Below are positions 1 to 12,500 of a stretch of 46,372 nucleotides of DNA, one piece after another. The translations under genes and the position numbers were made by a program. The DNA comes from Paraspadella gotoi (Eukaryota > Animalia > Chaetognatha), in NCBI GenBank assembly GCA_051294375.1, contig CM119265.1, forward strand, positions 26,527,553 through 26,573,924, given 5' to 3'. The notes beneath the pieces were generated by a model that was given only the letters and a program-made list of their open reading frames with translations, did no database searches and was not told the DNA's origin. The number at the start of each line of letters is the position of its first letter. Within the stretch, counting starts at the first letter, position 1.

Positions 1-3000
1 CGCCGGTGGGGGCGGGCGGAGGAAGATTTGGGGTAAGGAAAAAATTTGGTAAGGGCAAGAACAGAAAAAGGGCATGACTGGGCCTGCTATGGTTTGAGGG
101 ACAACGCTTCCCTTTTGATAAAACAATTTTGTGACGAGAAAGAAGATGATTTATAACAAAGAATATCAGTTAATTAATATCTTATTTATAAAAAAAAAGG
201 AACTAGAACGATTTGGGGGACTTATTTCCCGAAAAAGCCCTATTTCATTTTGAATTCGGAATTAAGTTAAAAATTAAGGATTAGGGATTAGGTTAAGGAT
301 TAAAATTAGGAATCAGGTTTGCAATTAGTGTTATTGGTTAAAAATTAATGCGATTAAGGAAGAGAAATAGGGCACTTTTGGAAAAGAGAGCTAGATATGG
401 TTTGTCGGAAATGTTTAACACTTCTGTCCAACGATTAAAAAAATTTGATATACCGTATGAATTTTGTTTAACTAAGGGTTGGTATGTAAAGTAAAGATCA
501 GGGCTTCATTTTTGTAAAAAGTAAAGCTTCTCTTTTTCCTGCGCTTATTTTTTTTCCAAGCCTCTTCTATGAAGAAGAAGGGACCGTTTGACAGGCGGTC
601 TCCAAGGAAACTCTCGTCTATGCGTGAAACCGCACGTCAGTGCTTTCTTCGTGCTCTCTCTCTCTACCTCTCATCTCTCCTCTATCTCTCATCTAGTGCT
701 CTCTCTTCTCTCTCTCGTCTCGCTCTCTCTCGTCTCTCTCTTCTTTCGCCCTATTTTTCTCTTCTTTTTCTATCATCTCTTGGCTCTCGATCATCATTGC
801 TATACTCTGGCCCTCTTTTTCTTTTTTGTCTTGTCTTTCTTTGGGTCTCTTCCTCTCTGTTTACCTGTTATTGTCTCTGTCTCTGTCTTCGTGGTTCTAT
901 AGTCTATTTTCTCTCATCTCATCAGTCTCTCTCGTCAAACTTCTCTCCTCCAATCAGGCCAATGGCTAGTTTGTTCAAGTGGTTGTCCTCTTTGTCTTCA
1001 TTTCGCCCCCTTGCTCTGTCCCTCAAAGCTTCTTAACAGCTTCTACAGCTTTTCAAACCTTCTCCTCCTCCTACCTCCTCCTCCTCCTCCTCCTCATCCC
1101 CCCCCCCGGGGCTTCATCGTCTTGGCGACGTTGGCCTTATTGGATTTTGGTCGAGGTCAACGCCCTGACTCGTATATTCGAAGATGTCCGGCGTACATTG
1201 GGAGTGAAGACGCTGGCATATTACAGCCCCTAGTCACGATCTCAAAAATGCCCTTCGAGGAATCGTCCTTGTTATCACATGTCGTGCTGTTTATTGTTTA
1301 GGTGGAGGGTGGTTCGAGGAAGATGACATCAGAATGCATTGGATTTATGTTGATTGATTATTATCACAGAGCAGAACATGAAAATTTGTGAATAACAGTT
1401 GGGAACAAGTAGGAGCTGATGTTGTGATATGGGTAGCTAGAGATAGGATCAGTAAGATTTAGAGTGTTGTTGAGTACGGGGACTAGACAAATGATAAGGT
1501 GATAGACGTTAAAGTGTGTTTGGAGAGAAGGATAGAACAAGAAACTCGGAGAGAAGTGCTGTCGTTGGCGTATCGGACTTAAGAGCCGATGAGTCTGTGA
1601 AGAAATGATAGTTGGATGGAATGTTTACATGATTGAAGAAATGAACATAAGTTGTAGAAAGAAAGAGTCGGAAGACAGAGTGTTTCAATCGTATGATAAC
1701 ATTGATTGGTTAAGCATAACATTTTGCAATTCAGCTGTTGCGGATATCAACTGGCGGTGTGCGAATGCAACTTCTAGTCTTGAGAGAGAAGCGAGGATAG
1801 TTAAAGACGGTTGAAACGTAGAAAAAACAGATTAGTTGAGTGGAAGAGAGAATGTGTATTTGGACTGCAAGTAGTCGTTGGAACGCTTCAAACTAATATG
1901 TGAATTTGATGTTTTATGCAGATGACAACGAGGCTATCTCTCTTGCGGACGCTGCGTGCTCGTCTCTCTCGAGTCTCGTCAGTAATGTGTGGGTGAATGT
2001 GCTTATTCTTTTGTCAGTCTTGTGCTCGTGCATGGCTCGCATGTCTGTCTTCCATCTCGTATGTGTCGGTCGGTCATAGTCGGTTCGTCATCTCTAGAGA
2101 GTGCATCGCTAGGGTGCATTGGTAAAGCGAGGGACGTTGTGGGTGACGGTTCCATTCAGGTTCTGCATCTCATGTCAAGGCTCTCTTCGTGGTTCGCGTC
2201 GTAAGAGGCAGTTTACGGGTCTTGCTCTTGCTCTCTCGTCGTCGGAGTCGATCGGTGGCGCTTCGCAGGTCTCTCGTCGCGGTCGTCTCTCTCTCGTTCC
2301 AAGTTTTCCATTTTCTTAACTACAGATGACAGACAGAAAACATAATAGAAAAACAACAACGCAGAATCAACAAAGTCCAGGGACAGTGTTTCGTTTTCAC
2401 GCTTGAAGATCTTTGGCGAAGGCAGGACGATAAATACACGGTAGAAAGGCGAGCCATGGCAGAGTAACTGCTAGAAGTGAGGAACGAGAGACAGAGAGAT
2501 GTAGAGTGAGAGAGAGAGGAGAGAGGAGAGAGGTAGAGAGGATGAAGTATAGAGAGGTAGAGACCGAGAGGGACGAGAATGTGAGGGAGCAGAGGTAGAG
2601 AGGTGATAGTTGAATGAACTATAACGTGGGAACGGTACAGGATGGGCTTATGCTTGTTCAGTTAGTCGGACGCCGGTTTGTATGATGGTGGTTTTATGAT
2701 ATATGAGCTGTGTGTGTTGTGTGTGTGGAGTTTGCCAATTTTAGGTTGGGTTTGTATGTCCAGGTGGTGCTTAGAATATTATTGGGATTAGAAAATAGCC
2801 CGTCGGTCAAGAAAAGGTGTTATGTCGGGGTATCGAGTACAGAGTATGAGTATGCGAGTCTCTTATTTTGATAGACAAAAGAGTTAAAGAACTCTAGCAG
2901 TTTGTCACATAAACGCGCTCAGGCGCGACTTTCTGTGGTCTATCTTACATCCGTAGTTGGAGTAAGACCTAGATTCTGTAACTTTGAACTTAGATATATT

Positions 3001-6000
3001 GTAGAAATCAGACCATAATTGCAGGTCTTACTGGCGGGAGGAGGTGTTATTCTTGGCTTGTTCTAAGTTCGCGATTACCGCGAGGTCGTCTATTGAAAGT
3101 TGAAAGTACTTTTGTGGTGATAGTGCGCGGGCTTAATATGTATAGATAGGTTGAGGTTTATGATTAAGTACAGATCTGACAAATGAAGGAAGGAGGAGAA
3201 AGTATTGGGTTAGTAGAAAAGGGTTGGTCGGGTGTTAATACCGGACCTCTATCTTCTAGTGAGTTGTAAGTGGTTGTTGGTTAGCAGAAGCGAGTCATAG
3301 AGTGTGTGAAGGAATGGATATCGAAGGTGACGTTAGGAGGCACGCTAGAAAGGAGGCGACGTCGTTGATATGAGACAGAAAGTTCGGGAAAAAGAGCAGC
3401 AGAGTTAGGGGCTATAGTTTAGGCCCACCCTCGTGCCATCTCGAGCACAGAATAGCAGTGTGATTAATGCGGAGAAATGAGGGCCGGAAAAATCGAATGA
3501 AACGGGGATAGGAGGGAGGTGCGGTGGCGGCGAACGTGGGTGATGAATGGTGTTGACTTGGGAGATATGGGAGGCGGGGGCGGCGACGGGAGTTCGGCAG
3601 AGCGTAGTGTCTTTGAGATGATTGAGATACTGTCGTCGGATGGATATATAAACTGAAGAAACGGATCGGAGGCCGAGGACAAATAAGAGGCCCGACGCGG
3701 CAGACGTCGACTGGGTGAGAGAGGCACTGGAAGAAAAAGAGTCGATGTCAGTATTCTCGTTGACGAAGTCGGTAATTGATGTCATGGGCTACGCATTTTA
3801 AAGGAGATGAAAAGATGGGGTAAAGATGGGAAGTGCGTTTTGGGGGGGGGGGGAGGAAAGTTTCGAAGGGGAAGCGGGTGAGTTTAAAATTGGAATACGA
3901 TCCGAAAAAATTAAGGTCATTTTCAAAGAATCATCTAAGAGGACATAACATACAATGTTATGTCTAGTGGTATGTTCGTATGTATTACATATGCAACTTT
4001 GGTGTGTACGTTGTAGGAAAAAGATGAGTACTGCTTAATTCTATGTATAGATATCGCTATTGTACATCACATCAGCAATGCTGCCAAAGCGAGGCATGCG
4101 GGAGAAAGTTAGTTAATTTGGTTTTGTATGATTGTCGTCAACGAAATGTTAAGACTTCTGATACGTCTGGAACTGGAAAGAGTAAGAAATGGAAGCACTG
4201 AAAAATATCGGTTTATTGATAGTTGGTAAGGTTCGAGGAAAAAAGACTAACATTCTTCAAGGGGGTTACTTGCTTGGGGTTTGAGGGGATGGCAGCGGAA
4301 TAAGACCAGGTGAAGTCGAGAAGGGAGCACGGGGATTGACCAAGTGGTCAGGGAGAGGCGGCTGCGAGCGATTAAGACGGCGCTGGATGCGGCGTATGAG
4401 GGCCGGCTGAGAGCGTGAAAGACGCGTCCGGACGCAATAATAAGCCGCAAGTATGATGGTTGATGAGGAAGAAAAAAAAATAGGGGTGAGAGGTGGCGAG
4501 AAGGTAAGGTGAAAGAGGGTGGAGGTAGTTAATGCGTGAAATATAGTCAAAGTGAATTGGTACAAGTATACCAAATATAGGTGATTAATCATCATTAAGT
4601 TGGACATAGATTACAACAAAGATAGAGACATAGTGCAAGGACGCACTGCGGAGCTTTCAAGTCTTCAGAAACACGCCTGTTTCCTCGCAAGTCCGTGTTT
4701 ATGTGACCGGCCACAGTAATTAATTCGACTAAAGGTTGCTGACGGTTATATCGGTAAATGGTGATCTGATCTCTAACTCATTTGTTATTCTCTTGCCCTA
4801 TCTCATCTCAAATACAATTCGTAGGATCTCATCGCTAATTCTTAAGATCGATCATCAACCTGAAATAATTGAGACGAGGAATTTTATTTCTAGCACGTTT
4901 GCGGTCGTCGGCATTAACGTCTAAACGTTCATTCTTGTCTTTAATCTTTTGACTGCGGGCCTCATGCGTTCTCAAGTGGGCATCCTTCAGGTGAAGGAGG
5001 GGTAAGAGGCGGCCTCCCCCAGCCGATCCTGTCGTTTGTTGGCGGGCAACATCCGCAGCATCGTTAGCGACTTACTTTTTAGAGTGGTACGACTTTTTCC
5101 GACTTTTTGCAGCCACTAACCGAGCGCCATGTCCTTACCGTGTATTGGTCTCTCTCCTCTCTCTTCTTTCTTCCTCTCTCTCTCGTCTCTCTCATCTTAT
5201 CTCTCTCTCTTATCTCTCTATGACTAAACCTAATTGTATCTCCTGCTCTCTCCCTTACCTCTTCATTTCTCCCCTCCTTGCTCTTTGTCTTTTTCATAAA
5301 CGAATTTCGCAAATTTTTCTTTTCTATTTCTTTTTCTTTTCTTTTCTTTTTCCTTTCTTTTCTTTTCTATTTTTTCTTTTCTTTTCCTTTGCTATTGTTT
5401 TTTTCTATTTTTTCTTTCGTTTTCTATTTTTTTTCTTTTATATATTTTTTCGTTTTAATTTTTTTTTATTTATTTTTCCGCTTTTTTCTTTCTATCTTTC
5501 TTTTCCTTTTTTCTTTTTGTTTCTGTTTTTATCGTTTTCGGTTTTTTTCCTAAGTGGAATTTTCAACACGGGAAAAAAACAGTGGCTCCGAGGTTTTCAC
5601 CTTAAGCTTTACTTTTTCCCAACTAAACCTACCGCCTTCGGAGTACACCCGTCAACCACCAATTCGCGCTCCTTTAATTCACCTCACCCTTCCAACTTCT
5701 TTCTCCTGACGATCAGATTAACTATTAAACTCCTTTTATTAGTCCATCGCGGTTCAATGCAGTCTCAGCTAACGCTTCCGATGCTTACTCTCTCTTTTAA
5801 TTCTTTCCAAGTTTTATTTTCTTCTGTCTAATCTATATTTATTTCCCAACCCTTTTTCTAACAAGGCGTTTACCAGATACGAGTGCGGGGGGATTCCGGT
5901 TGACTATGGCCGACTCGGTTCTTCCTCTCTTCCCCTACTTCTCTTCTCCTACTTTCTCCTTCCCCGTACCATTTCTTCCCTGCGACCTGTGGCTTTCCGC

Positions 6001-8369
6001 CCACCTCCACTCTTTTCCTCGCGATTTTCATCCGATCTCTCCTAAGCTACCAATCGACCGCGAATCGGGAAGATGTTCTCGAGGGCGTTTGTCTTGGATT
6101 CGCGCTCCTTTGTTAAGCTGACGGACGTTTAGAAAGAAAACATGTTTTATCTACTTGTGTCTCGTCCAATCAGATCAAACCGCTTTGTTCCGCCAAGTAG
6201 CCCAAGTCAAAATTTAATACCCGCCTCTCGTAAATCAGATAAATTTTTGCTTCGCCCAGTAGCCAATCAACTTCCAGGATTTTTATTCTCTAGACGGACG
6301 ACCAATCGAACCTTCAATTGCTAATGCCTCCAGTCTTTTTTTCACTGAAGTTCTTTTTAACCACAGCAGACTAAAGGGCCATTAGACATACTTAGCATAC
6401 CATATACATTTGTTTGCCCATAATCAACACTTTTATCAATTAACTGTTTTTTGTTTGCAAAGAAGATCAAACACTTATTTCGCCAATCATATTATTATTC
6501 TCATGTTAACGAAACGCACGTAAAAACAGTTACAAGAATTCATGAGACTCAACTTCATATCACCCAATCACCGTCACAATCTATTTATCAAACTTATCAA
6601 CACAAATTCCATCTCTAAAATCAGCTTCAATAATAATCTTATCACTTGCCAACTCGGTTCCATTTTCCGCCGTCCCTTCTCTTCTCAAGTCGCCATCAAA
6701 AAGGACGACGAAACACGAGAACATTTCAGGCCCCAAAAAAAAACGTTTTACTGGAAGAATTTTGTTGTTCCGAATCTGGTTTGCAAATGGATTTTGCCAA
6801 ATGTTTTTTTCTTCTTTTTTCCTTTTCTTGGTTTATATCTTGACTAGCCTCCTTTGTTAAATGGTTTGAAGCAAATGAAACAGACATATACTTTTGTACG
6901 CAAGGGTAAAAGAATTATTGATCAAAAATAGAAACGCTATTTTTTCGCTTTCTCTCTCCTCTCTCTCTCTCTCTCCTTTCTCTCACTCTCTCTCCTCTCT
7001 CTGTCTCTTTCTGTCCACTCTCTCTCTCTTCTCTCTCTCTCTTAATATTTGATTTGGCCCTTCACTGACTGTAAGCCATAATTCGTTTCACGATTGGATT
7101 ATTACCCATTAAGAGTCATCAACTCTCAACCGCGCTCGTTATTTTTTTTCTGACTCGTTAAGTGCAACAACCGATTCGGCCACTCGAATCCGCAGTCCAA
7201 GAGACCACAGTTCCGAGACGCAACACTCGAGAAGTCCACAGTCCTCGAGAAACCACAGATGCCGAGCCCACACTACAAAGATTCAACTCAGAAAGCCCAC
7301 AGTTCCCGAAACGACCAACACTGCCAAGAGTCCACCGTCCCAGTTCCACCCACATCCTCTCCACATCTTAATACTCATCTTAACGCGGTTTCTTTAGCGA
7401 TTTTCCGTCAAGGAGGATTAATCGGGAAAGAAAACAGAAAAACACGACGAAAACGACAACAACTACATAATACGAGGACAACAACGACGGACAATAACAA
7501 CGACAACAACAAAGGAAAACAACCAAGAAGCTTTCGGCTTTCAATGATTTTTCTCTCTCTCTCTCTCTCTCCCGTGTCTCTTCTCTCTCTATTCTCTCCT
7601 CCTCTCTCTCTCTCTTCTCTCTCTCTCTGCTCTCTCTCTCGTCTCCGATTGCTCTCCCCCCCGTGATCGTTTCTGCCCCGATGCTGGTGATGTTTCTATG
7701 AGTCATCTACACTCAAGTGTTTGTAGTTTATGGGCGTCGCTTGTTTTATGTTTTTACGGCGAGTCGCGGGCGGTCGAGTCGAAAAGAAAGTAGATTGTGT
7801 TTTGCCTTTGGACAAGAAGGGTTTCAGGGGGGGCGGTTAGAAGGAAATATCTCTGCTAGTGGGGGAGCATATGTTGAAAGAAATAAGATAAAAGGAGACG
7901 GACAGACCATGGCCTGCTAGACAGAAGGCCGATACGAAGGACCGGAAGGAGATACAGATGAAACAGGATAGAGCGGGACATTACAAAAAAACGAGTCGAA
8001 AAAGAGAGATAAGTTAAAGTATATCCGGACAGACAGACACGGTTAAATTATAAATAAAGATGCCAGAGGCATACGAGACGGACAAGACAAATTTTACATA
8101 GTCACATAAAATTCGCTACTGACGTGAAGATTCGGGATATAGATAGACAACCAGAGAAAGATATATAGCAGTACAAGAACGCAGTACAACGATGTTTGTA
8201 GTTAAAAAGATTGCCGCGAGAGCTACGAGTAAACCGCAGCTAAAAGTCTAACCTTCAAAACCGAGCGTGAAAAGACTGACCTTGGTACAGCACATGCGGA
8301 AAAAATAAGGACCGACCGACCAAGGACCCTATTCTAGATCAAATATTTTGTTTCATCGATTTCAAAAGG

Positions 8370-8894
8370 GATTTTGGTCACTTTTACGCGGTTCTTCTTC
8401 TGAGGGTCGATGCTGCCCGGTACGGAAGCAAGAACTCCGGGCACTCTGCTCGAGAATTACGATTGACGCAGGTCTGTATAGCAGAAGTTGCACCGCTTCA
8501 ATGCCGTTTGCAGAGCAGGTGATTGGTGATTGATTGATTGATCCGTATTGATTGTATGTGGATTCGATGGATTGATTGATTGACTTGAGCATCTCGCGCG
8601 CGATGTGGTAGTCAATATTCTTTGCTGACAGATAGTTTAGATTTTAATTGAAATTGAATTTGTAGACCTTAGAGTAATATATTGAAGAGTCGGAGTAGGG
8701 AACGAGAAGAGACGTTAACGCAACCCTTTTTCCAAATGCGAACACGACGCCTCCATTTTCAGGATGAAGGACAAGTGGGGATTCCGGCATGGACTGCAAA
8801 CGCTCTGCCTCTTTTACGGCCGACTTTCCGCTGACGGACGCCCGAGTTAAGGAGACTTAGCAATGCCGGATATATGCTGGTCAGGGAAAATTGA
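8370..8894 (+). pseudogene. UPB1: Frameshifted version of the last two UPB1 exons (about 8370-8518 and 8764-8894), copy 1; probably sequencing error rather than a true pseudogene
   Basis: Collinear with 40088-40508 (gattttggtcactttta..., atgaaggacaagtgggg...) but the exons are about 149 vs 123 bp and 131 vs 108 bp owing to scattered insertions. Confidence 0.8.
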
Positions 8895-9559
8895 GGGACG
8901 ATGACAAAATTGATATCTCGCTCGTTTTATGTATCCCTTTTTTTCCCTCTAGAGAATTCGTTTAGGTTTCAGGCAGATATTTTTGTTTGGTGCCTGGCTT
9001 TCTTTAGTGAAATCAAAAAAAATAGGAATAGTCATTACTGAAAAGGTTCTTGAAAGAAATAAGACCCAAAGAGCAGATTATCGTCGTTTTTTTGGGAAGG
9101 GTATTTTGTACTTAAATAATTGCCAATTATAAGGTATTTAAAGATTAACTTTAAAAACTCTATCGTTTTTCCACGTTGAATGGGCGACTCATGGACTGCT
9201 CGAGGTGGATTGGTGGTTGGAGTGTTGAGAGGGCGGAAAGAAAAAGGTGGGGTGTAAGAGGGGTGAGGGAAGAGTGGTGGAAGTGTGATAGAGCAGGATG
9301 TGAATGTAGGCGGAATAGTGGGCCAGAAGCCGGACACAAGTGGGCGGAAGCGGACAGTGGATGGACTAGAGACTGACGACGGACTCAATCTGAGGAATGC
9401 GCGCCATCTACTGAGCGGATCGAACGATGGCGTGGGCGCGCGAAGAGACAAGTAGATCCGTCAAATAACGTGCGGTCCGTTGTTGGTTGTTGTCGTCGTC
9501 GTCGCCGGTCTTCGTCTTTATAAGTTAGTGTTTGGGTCAAGGTCATGTTGTCGGGTTCT

Positions 9560-12500
9560 TTTGTGAGACTTGAGTAAATTTGGATTTTTTTGGCTCATTT
9601 TTTTAATCAAGAAATGTTAATATAGATAAGTTATAACACAAAACCAAAGCAATAGCGTTCATTTTGTAACGGATCTTAAGAAAGCTTACATTAATTTTTC
9701 TTCCTTTTTTTGTTTCGATTAGGATAATCATGCTGTGTCGTTTACTGTTTTGTATTTTTTGATTAATATTGTCCTTCTGGTTTTGTGTCTAAATCAGTTT
9801 GTTTTTTTCTTCCAAGCGGTAAATAAAGAAGACTAGAAAAAAAGAAAAGTAAAAAGAAGGAGATACTGCAAGAGCGATTGAAGAGCTTGTCGGAATCACA
9901 AGAGACGCGATCTAGGAGGATTCTATTGGCAGAATTGAAAGAACCAGAAGGGAGAGAGAGGAGGCCACGCAGAGAGAGAGAGTAAGAGAGAGAAGAGAGA
10001 GAGAGACAAAAGAAGAGAGAGAAAGACTAAAGAGAAATTGAAAGAGTGAAGATTCCGCCGGCAAATTTATCTGGGTTTCTTACGCCTTCCTTGAATTCCT
10101 TGTGACAAGAATATCAAGCGCGCGCGTGAAGGAGATTGAGACGAGAAGAGAGAGAGATGAGGAGAAGAGAGAGAGAGACGAGAGAAGAGCGAGAGAGAGA
10201 GAGAGAGAGATAAAAAAATAAACAGCTTTCTCTCTAGTCTGCTCTCTTGTCTCCCCACCTTTTATTCAAAGTTGTTGGACGAGGCTACCGAAAAGAATTG
10301 CTGTGTCTGTTCCTTGTTGGTGTGAAGTTTGGTAAATTTCGTGTTGGGCGCGAGTCGTCGGGAACGTGACGAACAGCATGGCGGCCTTCAAGCGGAGAAA
10401 GAGAAGAAAACGAAAATGGAGATTTTTTTGCTTTCTGCGTCGTCGGGACAGACGAGATGAACAAAGTTGTGTCGGTTGCGTGTTTGCTTGTCGAGATTTT
10501 TCCAGCGTCCGAATTAATGTTTTCTTTTGTCATTCCCGCGACCTTTTGGCGCGCCTCTGTATACGAATTTGTAAGATGGTGAATTTCTTAACACCTCTCA
10601 GGGGATAGGAAGTGGGATAGTATGGGAGGTTAATGAAGGGTTCCGGTGTGTGCGGTACTTCGCCGTGCGCGGCCGGGGCGCAGGCTTGTGAGGCGAGCGT
10701 GGCAGTGAAGGTCGTGGAGTGTAGGAGAGTTGTTTCGCTTGCCTTGACTGAGGTGGTGATGAATGCATCAGGTTTTCCTTTCGTCTTTCTATAGATGTAG
10801 GGGCGCACAAGATGATTTTGATAACTAGAAAAACAAAACTTAGCAAATTATGTTGTTTTCGCTCGTTATGACCGTTTGCTTTCTCTTGAAGATTGTTTTG
10901 ACTTTGTTTTTAAATCTTCTCTGATATAATTTAATAGAATTAACGTTTGGTTGCCAGCTTTGTGATGATAACCTGATTGCGCGCTACCAAGTCTCCTCTG
11001 AAGAGTTGGATATTACATGTAGAATCAAATGAACATCGATCCTGCAACGAGTGATTGTGGATGTGCGTCTAGAGATCGTGTGCTAGACAATTCAGATTAG
11101 CGGCAGATATTAGATTGTGTGACATGTTTGGTGGGCCTGTCCACTTTTTCTTTTCTGCGCCGCCCTCGGGCGTTCGCGGGGTGCGCAGACTCGGTATCTG
11201 TCGTCGTCGTTGGTCGTGGAGTCATCATACGTCGTTCGGATCGTTATCGTTTGTCATCGTCATCGTCGTCATCCTTCGTCGTCATCGTGTCATCTTATCA
11301 TTTGTATGTCTCGTCATGCGTTGTCGGTACGTCATGTTCGATCGGTGCGTCGTCGGTCATCTTAGTCTTTTCCTCCTCATTTTCGTCGTCGTCGGTCGTT
11401 GTCGTGCGGTGCCATAATGCGTTCGTCGTCTTTCGCTTGTCGACTCATTTTTGCGTCGTCATCGTCTTCTCGTTCGTCGTCGTCCTCCTGTTCGCGTCGT
11501 GCGTTGTGCGCTCGTTGTCGTAAGTTGTCGGTCGAAAGAAGTAAAGGATTCATCGATTGTTCGTTTGTACAGCAGGGAAGATTGATGTGCCAGAGAATCG
11601 AGTAGTATGTGTAGGCAGAGAGGGCTTGCGGATAGCGAGAGGGGGATAAGGCCGAGACAATGAGACGGCTGCGTGGGTATAGGTGAATGAGTGAGCTCCG
11701 CGAATCGGAGTAGTCAGATAAAAAAACTTGAAGGTCAGGTAGTTATATCAAAATTCAGATAGCTCCAAATCGGACGATGATGAATAGTAATAGAGCGTAT
11801 GTTATAGTCGAGTGGTGATCGAAGGATGGGCAGTGAGAAGGAGAGTAAGCTATTAGGGTTTAAAGGCTAAAAAGGGTTACAATTAATGGCCTAGCAAGAG
11901 CGATCGAATCAGTAATCAAGTCTATCCAGGTAAAATCGAAGCAAGATCTATCAAGGTCTAAACGAAAGGTCAGTTATTGTTGCTCGATTGGGTTCATCAG
12001 ATATTTGAACTATGAGGGTAAGATTGGTTTGTGTCTGCTCTGTTGTCGTGGTAATTCGTATAATAAGTACTATATATTTTAGGGGCGATCATCTATGCAT
12101 ACTATGAAAATTTTGTTACTCAAGAATAGTATTTGCTGTGTGGCTGATTTCTAAAGAAGTTAGTATAGATATATACTATGTGAGAGTTGTAGTTACGCCG
12201 CAAAAAGAATATTACAGTGGATATTCCAACTGCAGATATTTTAACAATGTTTTTTTAAGAAAATCAATGTCATTTGCGAACTGTGAATTGGATGTTGGGA
12301 AATTGGGTCGGGCGGTGATCACAGTATGCGCATTTTAGTTATTTGGTAGTGTATAATTTAGCTCAAGAAGTTAAAGGAGTTGGTTTCTCTCGTTAAGCAA
12401 TGAACAATTTTATTATTTTAAGAGCCCTGACGTTAGGAGATTTTTGCTGATTATCAATCAAGGAATAGTAGAGCGAGTATAAAAGGTAAAGGTCTGTGAG

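Noticed and set aside
561-634. Exon-like segment between ttttccaAG and GTCAGT
   Set aside because: No recognisable peptide in any frame; the region is error-rich.
1100-1290. Possible corrupted upstream UPB1 exon (tggccttattgga...gtcgaggtcaacgcc loosely resembles WPIEARNAA codons, after a pyrimidine tract)
   Set aside because: Needs many ad hoc indels and is covered only by the noisy copy; a frameshift-aware alignment would be needed to support it.
5145-5831. Phe/Leu/Ser-rich 'membrane protein' ORFs (also 569-1036, 23115-23466, 42877-43348)
   Set aside because: Translations of (CT)n and T-rich low-complexity DNA; not conserved in frame between copies.
11115-11605. Ser/Val/Arg-rich ORFs repeated at 28839-29329
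   Set aside because: Degenerate (GTC)n microsatellite; recurrence reflects the duplicate block, not conservation.
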